Source of the DNA: Balanoglossus misakiensis | Lineage: Eukaryota; Animalia; Hemichordata | DNA: 64,000 nucleotides | Direction of reading: 5' to 3' | NCBI GenBank assembly: GCA_040954595.2 | Contig: CM082582.2 | Location: 7,938,063-8,002,062 of the forward strand | Shown: piece by piece, positions 1 to 10,645 of the stretch | Numbering within the stretch: the first letter of the stretch is position 1 | Layout of the letters: each line of letters starts with the position of its first letter | Made by a program: the position numbers and the translations under genes | The notes under the pieces: model-generated | Seen by the model: the letters and a program-made list of their open reading frames with translations, nothing else | What the model was told of the DNA's origin: nothing | Database searches by the model: none

Positions 1-29
1 TCGTAAATATAGTATGCGCTGGGGTAAGC
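1..29 (+). other. Possible 3' end and donor of a non-coding BANP first exon
   Basis: GG|GTAAGC at 22-29 in a CpG-rich stretch; the acceptor at 1143 upstream of the ATG requires an upstream exon. Confidence 0.4.
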
Positions 30-1168
30 ACTGTTTAGGCGGTGTGTTCGACATAATAATGTCGTTTTTTTGGCGGGTGATGAGTTGTTTCGCCAGCGAT
101 CGATTGTATTCTTTGCTGTTATTAACCAAAGAGTGACTGAGATACACCGCAAGACTCTGGGGATTGCAAAAAGTCTGCTTCTTTTGCATTACCCAGTAGA
201 ATGGAACCATGAAATATCGCCAGACATAATACAAAAGTGATGGTCGATCACTGTGTGAGCGAGCGTTGGACTTTACAACCGGTACACACATGCATAGCAA
301 TAGACGTTCTCCATTCAGGGACACCGTACTACTGTAGTGTACCAGTATGTACTGTGGTCACCGTTCATCCACGATGCGGTATTACACAACGATTTTTTTT
401 AAAAGTAGGTCAACCATCTAACGAACACCTGGTTTTGCCCAGGTTGTAGCTATCAATTTGGCTGTGATTTCAAAATAGAAACTTTAATGGTCCTCACCAT
501 ATTCTGTGTCATCTTCTAAATGTTAGAAGTTACCCAAAACATAATTATGAAAAAACTGACTGTGATTATTGTAATATCAGGAGATTCCTTGTCACATGCA
601 ATAAATTTGAAACTAAATCACGTTACTATGAAAGTATATATTTGGTATAAGGATTTGAACATTGATTTTTTTCAAGTACCCCCGCTCCGCAGCTGACACA
701 TAACATCAAAGAGATCCCAAATTGTATTTCCATATAGATTTCTTTTATAATGTGCAACAGCTTATGTTTAAAGGTGCAAAGCACTCTCAGTGATGTCAAT
801 GCAAATTGTTGGAATCTGTGACCTAGTTAAACATGTCATACCTATCTGTCACTTTTTAGAAAGAAAATCCATAAATTATAATTGGAGGTCTGCTTTTACC
901 AGTGTGCCCGGAATGACAAAAATCAAAATAATAAAGTTGGGAAACTGAATTTCCATTCCAATATAGGATCAGTTATCTCATATATTTTCAAAAAGTGCTC
1001 CACTGTAACTAAGCAACAAGTGAAACAATTTGTAAAAGGAATGCATCAGGATATGACACTGAATTCCAGGATGGAGATCCATTTTTTCCTTTATAAAATC
1101 TACCCAGTTCTATTCAAATAAAATATCCAGTTTTCGTTCACAGGGTTGGATTTCTGGAAACATTCAAG

Positions 1169-1241
1169 ATGACAGAAGAACATAATATGAGTGATACAGA
1201 TGCCTTGCAAATGGCTGTCAGTCAAATTACAAATAGCCAAG
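1169..1241 (+). CDS. BANP: BANP coding exon 1 (MTEEHNMSDTDALQMAVSQITNSQ)
   Basis: Acceptor cag at 1141-1143, ATG at 1169, donor G|gtaagt; resembles the human N-terminus MMSEHDLADVVQIAV. Confidence 0.85.
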
Positions 1242-4200
1242 GTAAGTTTTGCGAGTCTCCTGATCCATGAAAGCAATTACTAAACAACAGTGTATGCATC
1301 TGATATGCACATGTACATCTTTTGTTAACTGGTCATGGGACTCAGAATCCAGATGTAATGATGTAAAAAAATATAATTGTAGAAATGTTATTTATTTGTT
1401 CTTCTTTATCTTGTACATGCAGAAGAACAGGAACAATTAATGGAAGAACCAGCTGCCAAAAGGCAAAAAATATCAGCAGACGAACCAGACCCAGCAGTAT
1501 GCATAAAAGTAAGTTCGTCACTAGGTTTTCCAGGCTGGAAATATTTCTCATAGTTCTTTAATTTGATATTGAAATTATGTTACTTTTAATTTATCTGAGA
1601 AATGCCTCCTGATTAAGTGCTCAAATCTTCCACTACGTCTTCATCAAATGTCTCCAATTACCCCACCAGCAAATTCTGTTCAATGTTAACAAAGCAATCT
1701 GTTTGAGGCTGGACGGGATTGAGAATAAGCTGGAAACAATCAACCTTCGATGCAAGTACCTGGAAGAGAAACTGGACAACATGAGCGATTCCTATCCCAA
1801 AGTATCGGATCAGGGCGGGGGAGGTGAGCCGGTTACTCCACAGCACAACAGATCTTCAAGGAGGTAGGAGTGACAGCATGTTTGTATTCCGTCTTTTATC
1901 ATTAACCCTTTCACCCCCAGTTCCAACTTTAGAGGTCCAATCTTGCCGTAGAAAACAATAGGTTTGGACTGAACCATGGTGGTGAAAGGGTTAAAGGTTT
2001 CTAATTTATGTACAGATAGGTTTAGTTTTTCCATGATACAAACATACCACCAGTACACAAATACAAACTTATGGTTTTAGAATACCCCCGTAACCTAGTT
2101 TTCATGCCTTACCTTCTTCATCTCGTATAGAGAGACATACAATATTTTCAGTAATTAATTTAGCTATCGGCAAATATCCAAATTAATTTAGTTTACTTTT
2201 CTGTCTTCAATGTGTAGTGCCAACAATAGTCAGAATTACACACCGCGTAGACAGAGCACGATAATAATTGGATTACCACAGAACCAAGGCCCAGAGGGAC
2301 AGACCGAATCACAAGGTAAGTGACTGACCAACTGTTGAATGGTTGAATGTACATGATGTATGTACTGACATACATTCTTTGATGAAATGCCGGCAACATT
2401 TTTAAATGATGCTAAGTTTAGCAAATAAATCTAAAAATAACACCAATAAAATGCATCTGTAATCCTATACTATAACAGATAACAGTAAACTTACAGATCT
2501 GAAATGAAAATATTGACTTTTCTCGTACATATGCAGTAAAGTTACTTATTTGTGATGTGTATAATTTTTCCCTCAGTTGATGAAAGTGCTGGCAGTCAGA
2601 TATCAAATGCAAGTAATGAAAGCTCACCGGCACCGAATCTTGGCTCCAATGTCACTCTCATTACTTTGAATTCTGAAGGTAAGGATTTTTTAAGTTCACA
2701 AGTTAATGTGATGTACAATGTACAAGTATTTTGATGTGTGAATGGGGGCCACTATACCTCAATTTTTGAGTGAATCTCCCATCATATGTACATCCCATCC
2801 CACCCCAAGTTTTGTGTGAATCATGGCTATGCAAGCACAAGCGTAGCCAATTTCAAAAGTCAATTATTACTAACTGTACAGTGATCACATTACGTACATT
2901 CTTGCATTTTGTGCATCAACAGAGGATTATCCTGGAGGAACGTGGCTGGGTGATGAAAATAACATAGAAATGAGAGTAAGATGCCATGTTACACCAAGGT
3001 GAGCCATATCAAGTATTTTTATTAACCTTTGCACCCCAACCCCTTGACTTATGACATCACTTTGGACAATGTAATTGATTAACATAGAACACCGAAATCT
3101 CGTCCACAGTGAGTCATCACTGGGTTCTGACTTGTCGTGATTTTGTTCCCTTTCAGTGACATGTTACACATACACTCCACCTGCCGCACCCCGGAGAAGA
3201 TGGCTCTGACACTGCTCGACTACCTGTTTGACCGAGAAACGCAAGCCTGTTCCAATATCTCAGGGATGGGTAAACATGGGAAGAAACAGCTTGATCCACT
3301 CATGATATACGGCATCAGATGTGAGTCTTCTGGGTGCTTTTACCTTTGATTACAGGTGTTACATGGACAGATTTGCCAGCTCCAAGTTCCCATGTAATAG
3401 AGAATATAGCTGTCTGTCAGTTAGTCAATTACCAGAGCCATAACTTTGCTTTATGCACAAGACAGCTATATATTACAGAGGATAGTTTGTGACAATAAAC
3501 TAAGTTGCAAATTTGGGTGGCCATAATTCTTTTTCAGTGGAATTCACACAAACAGGGCCAGAGTCCGTGTTACAACCAATTTTGTCTTACAGGTCATTTA
3601 ATCCACAAATTTGGCATATCTGAGAACGACTGGCACCGAATCAAGCAGAACGTTGATTCCAAATGTCGGACGGCATTCCGCAGAAAGCAGAAGGGGCAGT
3701 CGCTGAGTGTGAAAGCCTTCTCACGGAAATCGCCGACTGCCACCACAATATACGCACATCAGATGCACTCGGAGGATGAAAATGAAGAAATGCAGGTGGG
3801 TCTTTCAAGTTCATCGTTTGTACTTTGATAATCAAAATACTGGGCATATACTAGTACCGGTAGTATTTTGTAGCACAGAGTATTAAACTCTGGAGAGAGA
3901 GCTTGCGCCAGGGTCTATGGTTGTATGGAGTAAAGCTTAGAAACTAGTTTGATACGCAGAGAAAAATTACGAGAGAAAAATGTCAACAGTTAATAGCTAG
4001 TGTCCTATTACCACCAGTCACCTCACTTCTGAGAGAATTTACGTATCTTGTTTTGTTTATTCTGTCTGTCTTGTGCTTTTTATCTGCCAGGAACACGCAG
4101 TTGCGCAGGCGGCCGTGGAACAGATGCAGCAGATGCACCAGCAGATCCACATCCAGCACGTGCAGGACGGCGAAGGCGTGGTGCAGCAGGCCATGCCGGA

Positions 4201-4414
4201 GCAGGTCACCGTGCAGGTGACGCAGAGCGGGGATGCCATCCACATCCAGCAAGGCGACACCATCCAGATACAGCAGGGCGAGGCAGTGACCATCCCCCAG
4301 GGCGAGATCCAGATCGCCGTCAACCCCGAAGTGCAGGTGCACGAGGTCCAGCAGATCCAGGGCGGGGAGATCCACATCCAGCATCCGGCTGTGCAGCTGC
4401 AGGAAACGCAGTGA
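1169..4414 (+). CDS. BANP: Protein BANP (SMAR1), BEN-domain transcription factor; complete 9-exon CDS, 1320 nt, 439 aa
   Basis: join(1169-1241,1423-1508,1670-1863,2218-2315,2577-2678,2923-2998,3157-3320,3593-3795,4091-4414). All introns are GT-AG (158-354 nt) with consistent phases. Translation contains ICLRLDGIENKL, GSNVTLITLNSEEDYPGGTWLGDENN, RTPEKMALTLLDYLF, GKHGKKQLDP and DSKCRTAFRRKQKGQSL, recognisably vertebrate BANP. Confidence 0.95.
1423..1508 (+). CDS. BANP: BANP coding exon 2 (EEPAAKRQK, NLS-like)
   Basis: tgcag|..., AAA|gtaagt; matches EPALKRQR. Confidence 0.88.
1670..1863 (+). CDS. BANP: BANP coding exon 3 (coiled-coil ICLRLDGIENKL...LEEKLD)
   Basis: ccag| acceptor, AG|gtagga donor, frame consistent. 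Confidence 0.88.
1902..1994. mobile_element. 93-bp piggyBac-type MITE (TTAA target site, CCCTT termini) in BANP intron 3
   Basis: Perfect 14-bp terminal inverted repeat TTAACCCTTTCACC...GGTGAAAGGGTTAA; related copies at 36511, 39948, 40031, 40218 and 50842. Confidence 0.8.
2218..2315 (+). CDS. BANP: BANP coding exon 4 (PRRQSTIIIGLP)
   Basis: gtag| acceptor, G|gtaagt donor; matches GRRQNTIVVKVP. Confidence 0.85.
2577..2678 (+). CDS. BANP: BANP coding exon 5 (GSNVTLITLNSE)
   Basis: tcag| acceptor, G|gtaagg donor. Confidence 0.92.
2923..2998 (+). CDS. BANP: BANP coding exon 6 (DYPGGTWLGDENNIEMRVRC)
   Basis: acag| acceptor, AG|gtgagc donor. Confidence 0.93.
3157..3320 (+). CDS. BANP: BANP coding exon 7 (BEN domain)
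   Basis: DMLHIHSTCRTPEKMALTLLDYLF...QLDPLMIYGIR; tcag| acceptor and |gtgagt donor. Confidence 0.95.
3593..3795 (+). CDS. BANP: BANP coding exon 8 (end of BEN domain)
   Basis: HLIHKFGISENDWHRIKQNVDSKCRTAFRRKQ; acag| acceptor and CAG|gtgggt donor. Confidence 0.93.
4091..4414 (+). CDS. BANP: BANP terminal coding exon (Q/I/V/H-rich tail)
   Basis: ccag| acceptor, phase 0, TGA at 4412-4414; Q-rich like the vertebrate BANP C-terminus. Confidence 0.85.
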   Translation, partial: EHAVAQAAVEQMQQMHQQIHIQHVQDGEGVVQQAMPEQVTVQVTQSGDAIHIQQGDTIQIQQGEAVTIPQGEIQIAVNPEVQVHEVQQIQGGEIHIQHPAVQLQETQ

Positions 4415-7210
4415 CGAGAAGTAGGCTGGCCCCTGTAGATAAGCTTTTTTTTAAAGTACCGTTGTCATCCAAGATTGTGTCCTGTGGATCTCCACAATCT
4501 GCAAATGAATTGTACAGTATGTGGCTTCTTCACTGACATCTGATGGTCAGTTCAAGATAAATCTGCCGTAAATTGCATTATTCAGTACATGATAGATCGT
4601 TGGATCGGTTTTATAAAGTAATCTAGCTTCCTGGATGCCTGTTTTATTGAGCTGCTAATCATTGCATTTAGTACAGTGGTTGTGACAGACAAAATCACTG
4701 TGGAGATATATACTTAGCAATGAAGCATTCGTAGAATGTTTTCATTGCAACTGGTATGTGAACATTTTTTTATACATCTCTGAACCATTAAACAATACAT
4801 TTTCACTGCCAGAGTTTTGTATGATTTGAAATTTGATGGTTTTCCAGAAGAGTGTATATATTCATTTCATTCTTGATTGGTAAACTTTTTTTATTTTGTA
4901 TCTTCTTTCTGTGACACATTCTTCTTCCTTGGTTTTCAAAACATTTTCTTTTTCACTTGAACTTTGTTCACGAGATTTAAAGGTACCCTGGCCACTGGCT
5001 GGGGTTTTAGACTTGTAATAGTCAGCGCGTGCGCCGTGTCCTGTGGACGTGATCGATTGACTACAGTCTGGACCAATATACAGTACACCGATGTCTCCAA
5101 TTTTTCAGGTACATTTGTGCAAATGAATCAAACACCACTTCACGTCCTGAGCTTGCATGCAGCAGGGAAAATGTGCGGTTAACCCTCAGTCGTGTGAGGT
5201 TATACCAAATACATAAAACAAAACCACTGTTGAATTTACGGACACCGTGTTGAAACTGCTCTGCGGCAATATTTGACACTTTGCCATGCGCGATGCCTGT
5301 CTCGTCACTTTTTGTCGCCTGCTTCGTGTTTAATGTTCGATCCCGGGCGCTCGTGTCTACATTCGTCGTCACGAGTTTTTAAACATGTCTTGTCCACAGA
5401 CAAGATACTCCCCCATGCTGTTTGTCCAATCTGCATACTACACATGCTACATGTATGTTAGTATAGATAGCAATAATGATGCATGTTCCTACCATGTGAC
5501 CAGGAAATTCCTTCTCAGGTCCTGTGCGTGTATATTTAATTCTAAAGCTTGAAAGAATCTCCCTCCAAAGTTTGGTGTTATGTTTTACTGTCTGTGAGTG
5601 TGTATTTTAGAGAAATTGTACAATATTAACCGAAAAATTGTATAAAGGAAGACAAGTTACCTTTCGGGAACCTTGAAGATGAGGCTGCTTGTAGATTTTC
5701 ATATTTAATTAGCCTAATTAGTACTGATGAACATATTCAATATTGTAGTACAAGTCCTGGTTATTTGGCACTCGGACTATAGTAGAAATCTCAGGTTTTG
5801 CAGCAATGAAAGAGTGAAAAATACCGCGATATTATCCCATCTTTATTCTTTTCTTTGCAGTGCAGAATGTCCACATGTACACACATCACATTTTCTTTAT
5901 ATGGAGTTACAGTCGCATATCGTTGTGGGTGTATGCGTTTCCAACTGATATTTCCAGCTATTGGTTATCCTCTGAATTGAATTTTTGTCGTAACAGTCCA
6001 TGTTTCTCCAGCACACTTGCTCAGAATATTAGCATCTATTTGTTATACATACATTTCTTATCTGTTATCAAATCCCAGAATATTTATGTGGGTTTTTTCT
6101 TGCCCAGTTTTAAAATTGAATCCTTTACCAGTGAAAGGAATAAATTTGTTTACAATATGTAGTCTTCAAGTGTTCATTTTTAATACTATCTTTGGTAATT
6201 TTTTTAGACTTAGATATGACCTTGTCAAATGCTGCGTTTTGCTGACTGGGAAAATTTGCCCTTTTACACCATGCATCACTCTCAGTGACAATAACAGTCA
6301 TTGACATCACACAATATTTTTCCATTGTTGCTCAATGGGCCTTTAATTATCATTCCATTGGAGACATGCCCGAAAATACACAACACAGTTTTTCAACTTT
6401 CCTGATCAAAGAAATTAGCATAATCAGGAACTGGTCTTTTTCCTTGTAACGACAAACACTCTTCATTTGAAGCACGTTGGAGCACACAGCACCACAGTAA
6501 TTTAGCTTTGTATTGAAGGTGTAATCTTTGGCAACTTTTAATACAAGGTGACAAATTCAATGATGGCAAAAGAGTCAAGAAGGTCAAAGTTATGCAGATA
6601 CGAGCGTAACATAATTCAGTCAGTTTAATACTGACACTGAGTAAGGCACATACATGTATAATAATATTATGACATAGATTTCATGAAATATAATTTCAAA
6701 AGAAGAGCTTGATAACTTTGGCAAATCCCACTATTTTTTTTTTCATTTACACATTGCGACTTTGAAATAAGAAATACATGTAATGCAGCCTCAATTTTCA
6801 TTTTGGTCAAGTTGTACTCTTTGCCACTGAATTTCAGGTATTATAACTTAATTCTATACATATCATTTTTCTAGAAAATTCTGAGTTTCTAGACGTAACC
6901 ATGGCCATGTCTAGGGGTATATGAGACTTTTGATGAATGTACTGCAAGGAGAGGTGCAGCACAAATGTACTCTATGAAAATAATGTAATACTCAAATAAT
7001 TTTTGGCAGCAAATTAGGTAAATATGCAATTATTTTTAAACAATTCATAATTGGAAATTTTCTGTCAAATACAGATAATCATATCGACTGGCAAAGAATA
7101 TGACAAAATATTTATTCGGGGTGCAAAATAAGCTATGTATACAGGTTTTTAATCCACTGATATATGAATTTGTGAACCACTTTTAGCAACTCTCCACCAT
7201 CCGTAATTTA

Positions 7211-9960
7211 CTATGCAATCTTGACTTGAATTTGAACTTGTGAATTGACCTCTTTCAGTGAAAATGACTGCCCATCGATGGTGCATATCTGATAGCCGGG
7301 CTCAACAATAGCTGTTGCTGCTGCAGCTTCGGTCTGCTGCGGCGGCTGCGGGTCGTTTGAATGATCTTGCTTGCGGTGCCTCTCCAAGAGTTTGGGCCTC
7401 ATGAAGCCCTTGCTGCAGATGTCGCAGCGGAACCGGAACTCGCCCGTGTGCAGCACCAGGTGGTCCTTCAGGTTGTCCTTGCGGAAGAAACCCCGCTGGC
7501 AGAAGTCGCACTTGAAGGGCTCGTAGGTCAGGTGGGTGCGCTGGTGGTCGGTGAGCTTGTCCTTGCGGGCGAACGCCTTGGTGCAGCCGGGCTCGGGGCA
7601 GTTGTAAGGCTTGACGGCCGAGTGCACGGTCAGGATGTGGCGGTGCAGCTTGTTGCGGAACCCGAAGCCCTTGCCGCAGTGCATGCACTGGAACGGTTTG
7701 ATGTTGCTGTGGGAGATGCTGTGCCTCTGTAAATCGCGGGGCGTCTTGAAGTCCTGGCCGCACTTCTCGCACAGGTACTGCCGCTCGGTCTGATGCGTGA
7801 TCATGTGGATTCTCAGCTGCCGCTTGCTCACGTGAATCTTGTCGCACTCTGGGCAAGGGTAGTTGTGGGACTCTTTGGACAAGTGTCGGTCCAGCCCGGC
7901 CTGGGTGGGAAACTTCACCCAGCACTTCATACACTTGAACCCCATCTGCTGGTAGTACACTCTCATCTTCTCCTTCTTCAGGGCCGCCTTGTAGTGCGGG
8001 TCCACTTTACCTTTCTTCAAGCACCGCCTGCAGCTGCAGTTGAACATCAGGATGTCGTGGTTGGTCACCACGTGGAGGCTGAACTCCTTGAGGTCGTCGT
8101 ACGTCTGTTTGCAGGTGAAATCGCGGCACTGGAACTTCTTCACCGACATGTGCTTTGCCAGCATGTGCCTGGGCATCTCGTCCCTGGCGAACGTGGTGTC
8201 GCATTCTTTACACTTCAGGTTGCCTGCACCTTTGCCGTTCTTTGCGTCCGGTGTCCGATTGGTGTTGTCACTGTCGTCGGCTGCCGGACGGTTTGCCGTT
8301 CCGCTGGTATTAGCCTGGCTCACTTGGCCACCGGGCAGCTGGTTAGCTGCGTCCAGGGGTTGGTTGACCCGAGTAACGCTGATGTTTTCCACAATACTGC
8401 TCTGCGTTTCTGGACACATCTGGGCGAGTGATTCAGCCGCCTGCATGGTTCTTATGTGTTCCAGCCCGAGACTCGACAGATCAATGGTGCTGGACTGGTG
8501 GCTTCCGGCGGTCACTATCTCCTCGTTCGCCGCCTGCTGCTGCTGCAGCTGACCCATGACGACCATGCGACTGCTGTTGACAACCACAGGAGCGGACGCG
8601 GCGTGGTTCTGCGACAGGAACTTATCAACAGACACCCACACTTTGTGGTTTTCAACGTGCAGCTCGTAATCGCTCGATTTCGCGGACTCGTGCTTGCAGA
8701 GGGGGCAGACGAGCTCCGCGTCGGGCTGGGAGTGTATCTGCTTGTGTTTGGCCAGGCTCCTCTGCTGCACCTGCTGTCCGCAATCGCTGCAAGACACCTT
8801 GCGGTTCTTGTACGGCCGCCGCAGCTCCTTGCCGTGCTCCGCGACGGAGTGGTCGCTCAGGTCAGCCCTGGTCGTGAAGGTCAAATCGCAGTCGCTGCAC
8901 TGGTAGCGCCCTTTCAGCTTCTTGTGACTGGTGAGGTGGTCTCTCAAGTCGCTCATCTCACTCGCCTCATAGTCGCAGCTGGCGCACTTCAGGGGACCTT
9001 GATCCTCCGACTGCTCTTCGTCCTTGTCGCTGCCGCCGACCAGCTGGTGTTCTCGCCTCTTGCGACTTCTCAAATCTTGCTGCTGGTCCTTCTTGTCCAG
9101 GTGTTTCTTGGTCTTTCTGTGCTTGGTCAGCTTCGAGGCGGTCTTGAACGACATGCTGCAGATCTTGCAGAAGTGTTTTGGCGCGTCTCTCACCACCATC
9201 CTTGCCCGCCTCATCGTCAATTTGGCCTTGGTGATCTCCTGCCGCTTCTCCTTGGCGAGCAGCGTCGCCTTCTCGTTGGCGATGTTGTGAATTTCTCCGA
9301 AGTGAGAGCAGAGTTCGGCGATGCTGGCTATCTTCTCCGAACAGAACGAACACTCGACAGGCGCATCCGGCTGCTTATCCTCCGCTTGCGATCTCTGCTG
9401 CTCTTGCATCATCTGCTCGGCCATCTCTATACCGCTGGCAATGCTGGCCTGTCGGATGATGTCTACAAGGCCTGAATTATTCGGTGAACCGTCTTGGTCC
9501 ACGACAGGGGATTTTGCTCTCTGTTGGTTGTCTGCTGCAGCCGGGACTGGAGATGGGGGCTGTAAAGCTAAAGACTGTACAAATGTGTCTTTGTCGGTGG
9601 GCTGTTCTTCGGGTTTGTCTTCCAGTATATTTTTAATCACATCACTTGAGATAGCTTTCAGATCTCCTGGGTCGTCCGATCTAGCTGGTACCACACCACT
9701 TTCTCGGTCCGGCAGCGACACCACATCACTGCTCTGTACTGGCACATCATTTCCCAACACAGGATCTTGTCCTATTTTCTCGACACCAGTTATTAACGCT
9801 GACTCTGGAGTGTTTCTCCCACCTGGGCAAGATTTTACTTCTTGCTTGACATTGCTTGTGTTCTTGAAACGGTAGCAGAATTTGCTCTTCTTGTGAATCA
9901 TGAACAGGTCCATCGACGTGAACTTGACTTTGCATCGCCCACATTCAAAAACATCTTCAT
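7211..9960 (-). CDS. ZNF341-like gene, single 2750-nt terminal coding exon
   Basis: Uninterrupted ORF with the zinc-finger arrays; stop at 7211-7213; AATAAA on - at 7116-7111. Confidence 0.92.
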
Positions 9961-10187
9961 CTGTAAGATATAGATCAACATAATTACACATGTATGATGT
10001 AAATATGTCATAAATCATCATATATTAGTAATGTTGGAGAAATGCATGTAAAAATAGAAGATCTTCTTGGTAGCAATAGCATTATATAAAAAAAATGTTT
10101 TGCTGGACAGGTATGACTGACGAATTTATTTTCCAAAATACAATTACCTGATGACTCATATTCTTCATTGTCCCTAAATTCAGCCAT
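7211..10187 (-). CDS. ZNF341-related multi-C2H2 zinc-finger protein, 929 aa, two coding exons
   Basis: join(complement 10187-10148, 9960-7211). Kozak gcaccATGG; MAEFRDNEEYESS G|gtaatt ... ttacag|AT. N-terminal C2HC motif DEDVFECGRCKVKFTSMDLFMIHKKSKFC, about 15 C2H2 fingers, an HKVW motif and a C-terminal array (FKCMKCWVKFPTQAGLDRHLSKESHNYPCPEC ... HTGEFRFRCDICSKGF) resembling ZNF341. The ORF-track start at 10021 reads through intron. Confidence 0.9.
10148..10187 (-). CDS. ZNF341-like gene, first coding exon (whole exon 10219-10148)
   Basis: Acceptor ttttattacag| at 10220, strong Kozak ATG at 10187, donor G|gtaatt; phase 1 matches the next exon. Confidence 0.75.
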
Positions 10188-10645
10188 GGTGCAGTGCTGT
10201 AATGTATTTGGACCAAAGTCTGTAATAAAATTAAAAGGAGATTACCATACAATGACAAAAATAAAATGTTATTTCTAATCGTGGCAGAAAACTTACTGAA
10301 GTCGTGATCATAGGCTTGTCCTAACATGCATCTATTCAGTCAGTCAATTTGTATTGTTTTATTATATGTTCATTGCTGCCTACAAGGTCACGTGTAATAT
10401 TTTTTCTGCCATGCATTTGTTCATGGTCAGCGATTTTTTTATTTTGTCATTTTTCATTCATCATTGAACTTCTTCAGTGGTCGTGTGTTTGTTTGTTTGT
10501 TATTTATCTATTTTTGTCTTTATTTGTTCATGTCCCTAGAGAGGGGATCATGGAGTATGAAGGGTCTTGTCTCGCGTTTTTACAGCTAGCTGCAGCGCCA
10601 CCTTCAAAGATCTTCGCTACTTTATTCATTGCCATGAAATCTCAG

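Noticed and set aside
3983-4536. Overlapping ORFs around the BANP last exon
   Set aside because: Same GC3 and repeat artefact; only the 4091-4414 frame fits the splice phase and BANP composition.
7302-9875. Long alternative-frame and antisense ORFs (7302-7934, 7793-8431, 8456-9475, 9321-9875)
   Set aside because: Shadow ORFs caused by the GC3-rich codon usage of the zinc-finger exon; no independent protein signature.
9961-10021. ORF-track N-terminus MMIYDIFTSY...
   Set aside because: AT-rich intron sequence ending in a good acceptor; a phase-compatible upstream exon with a strong Kozak ATG exists.
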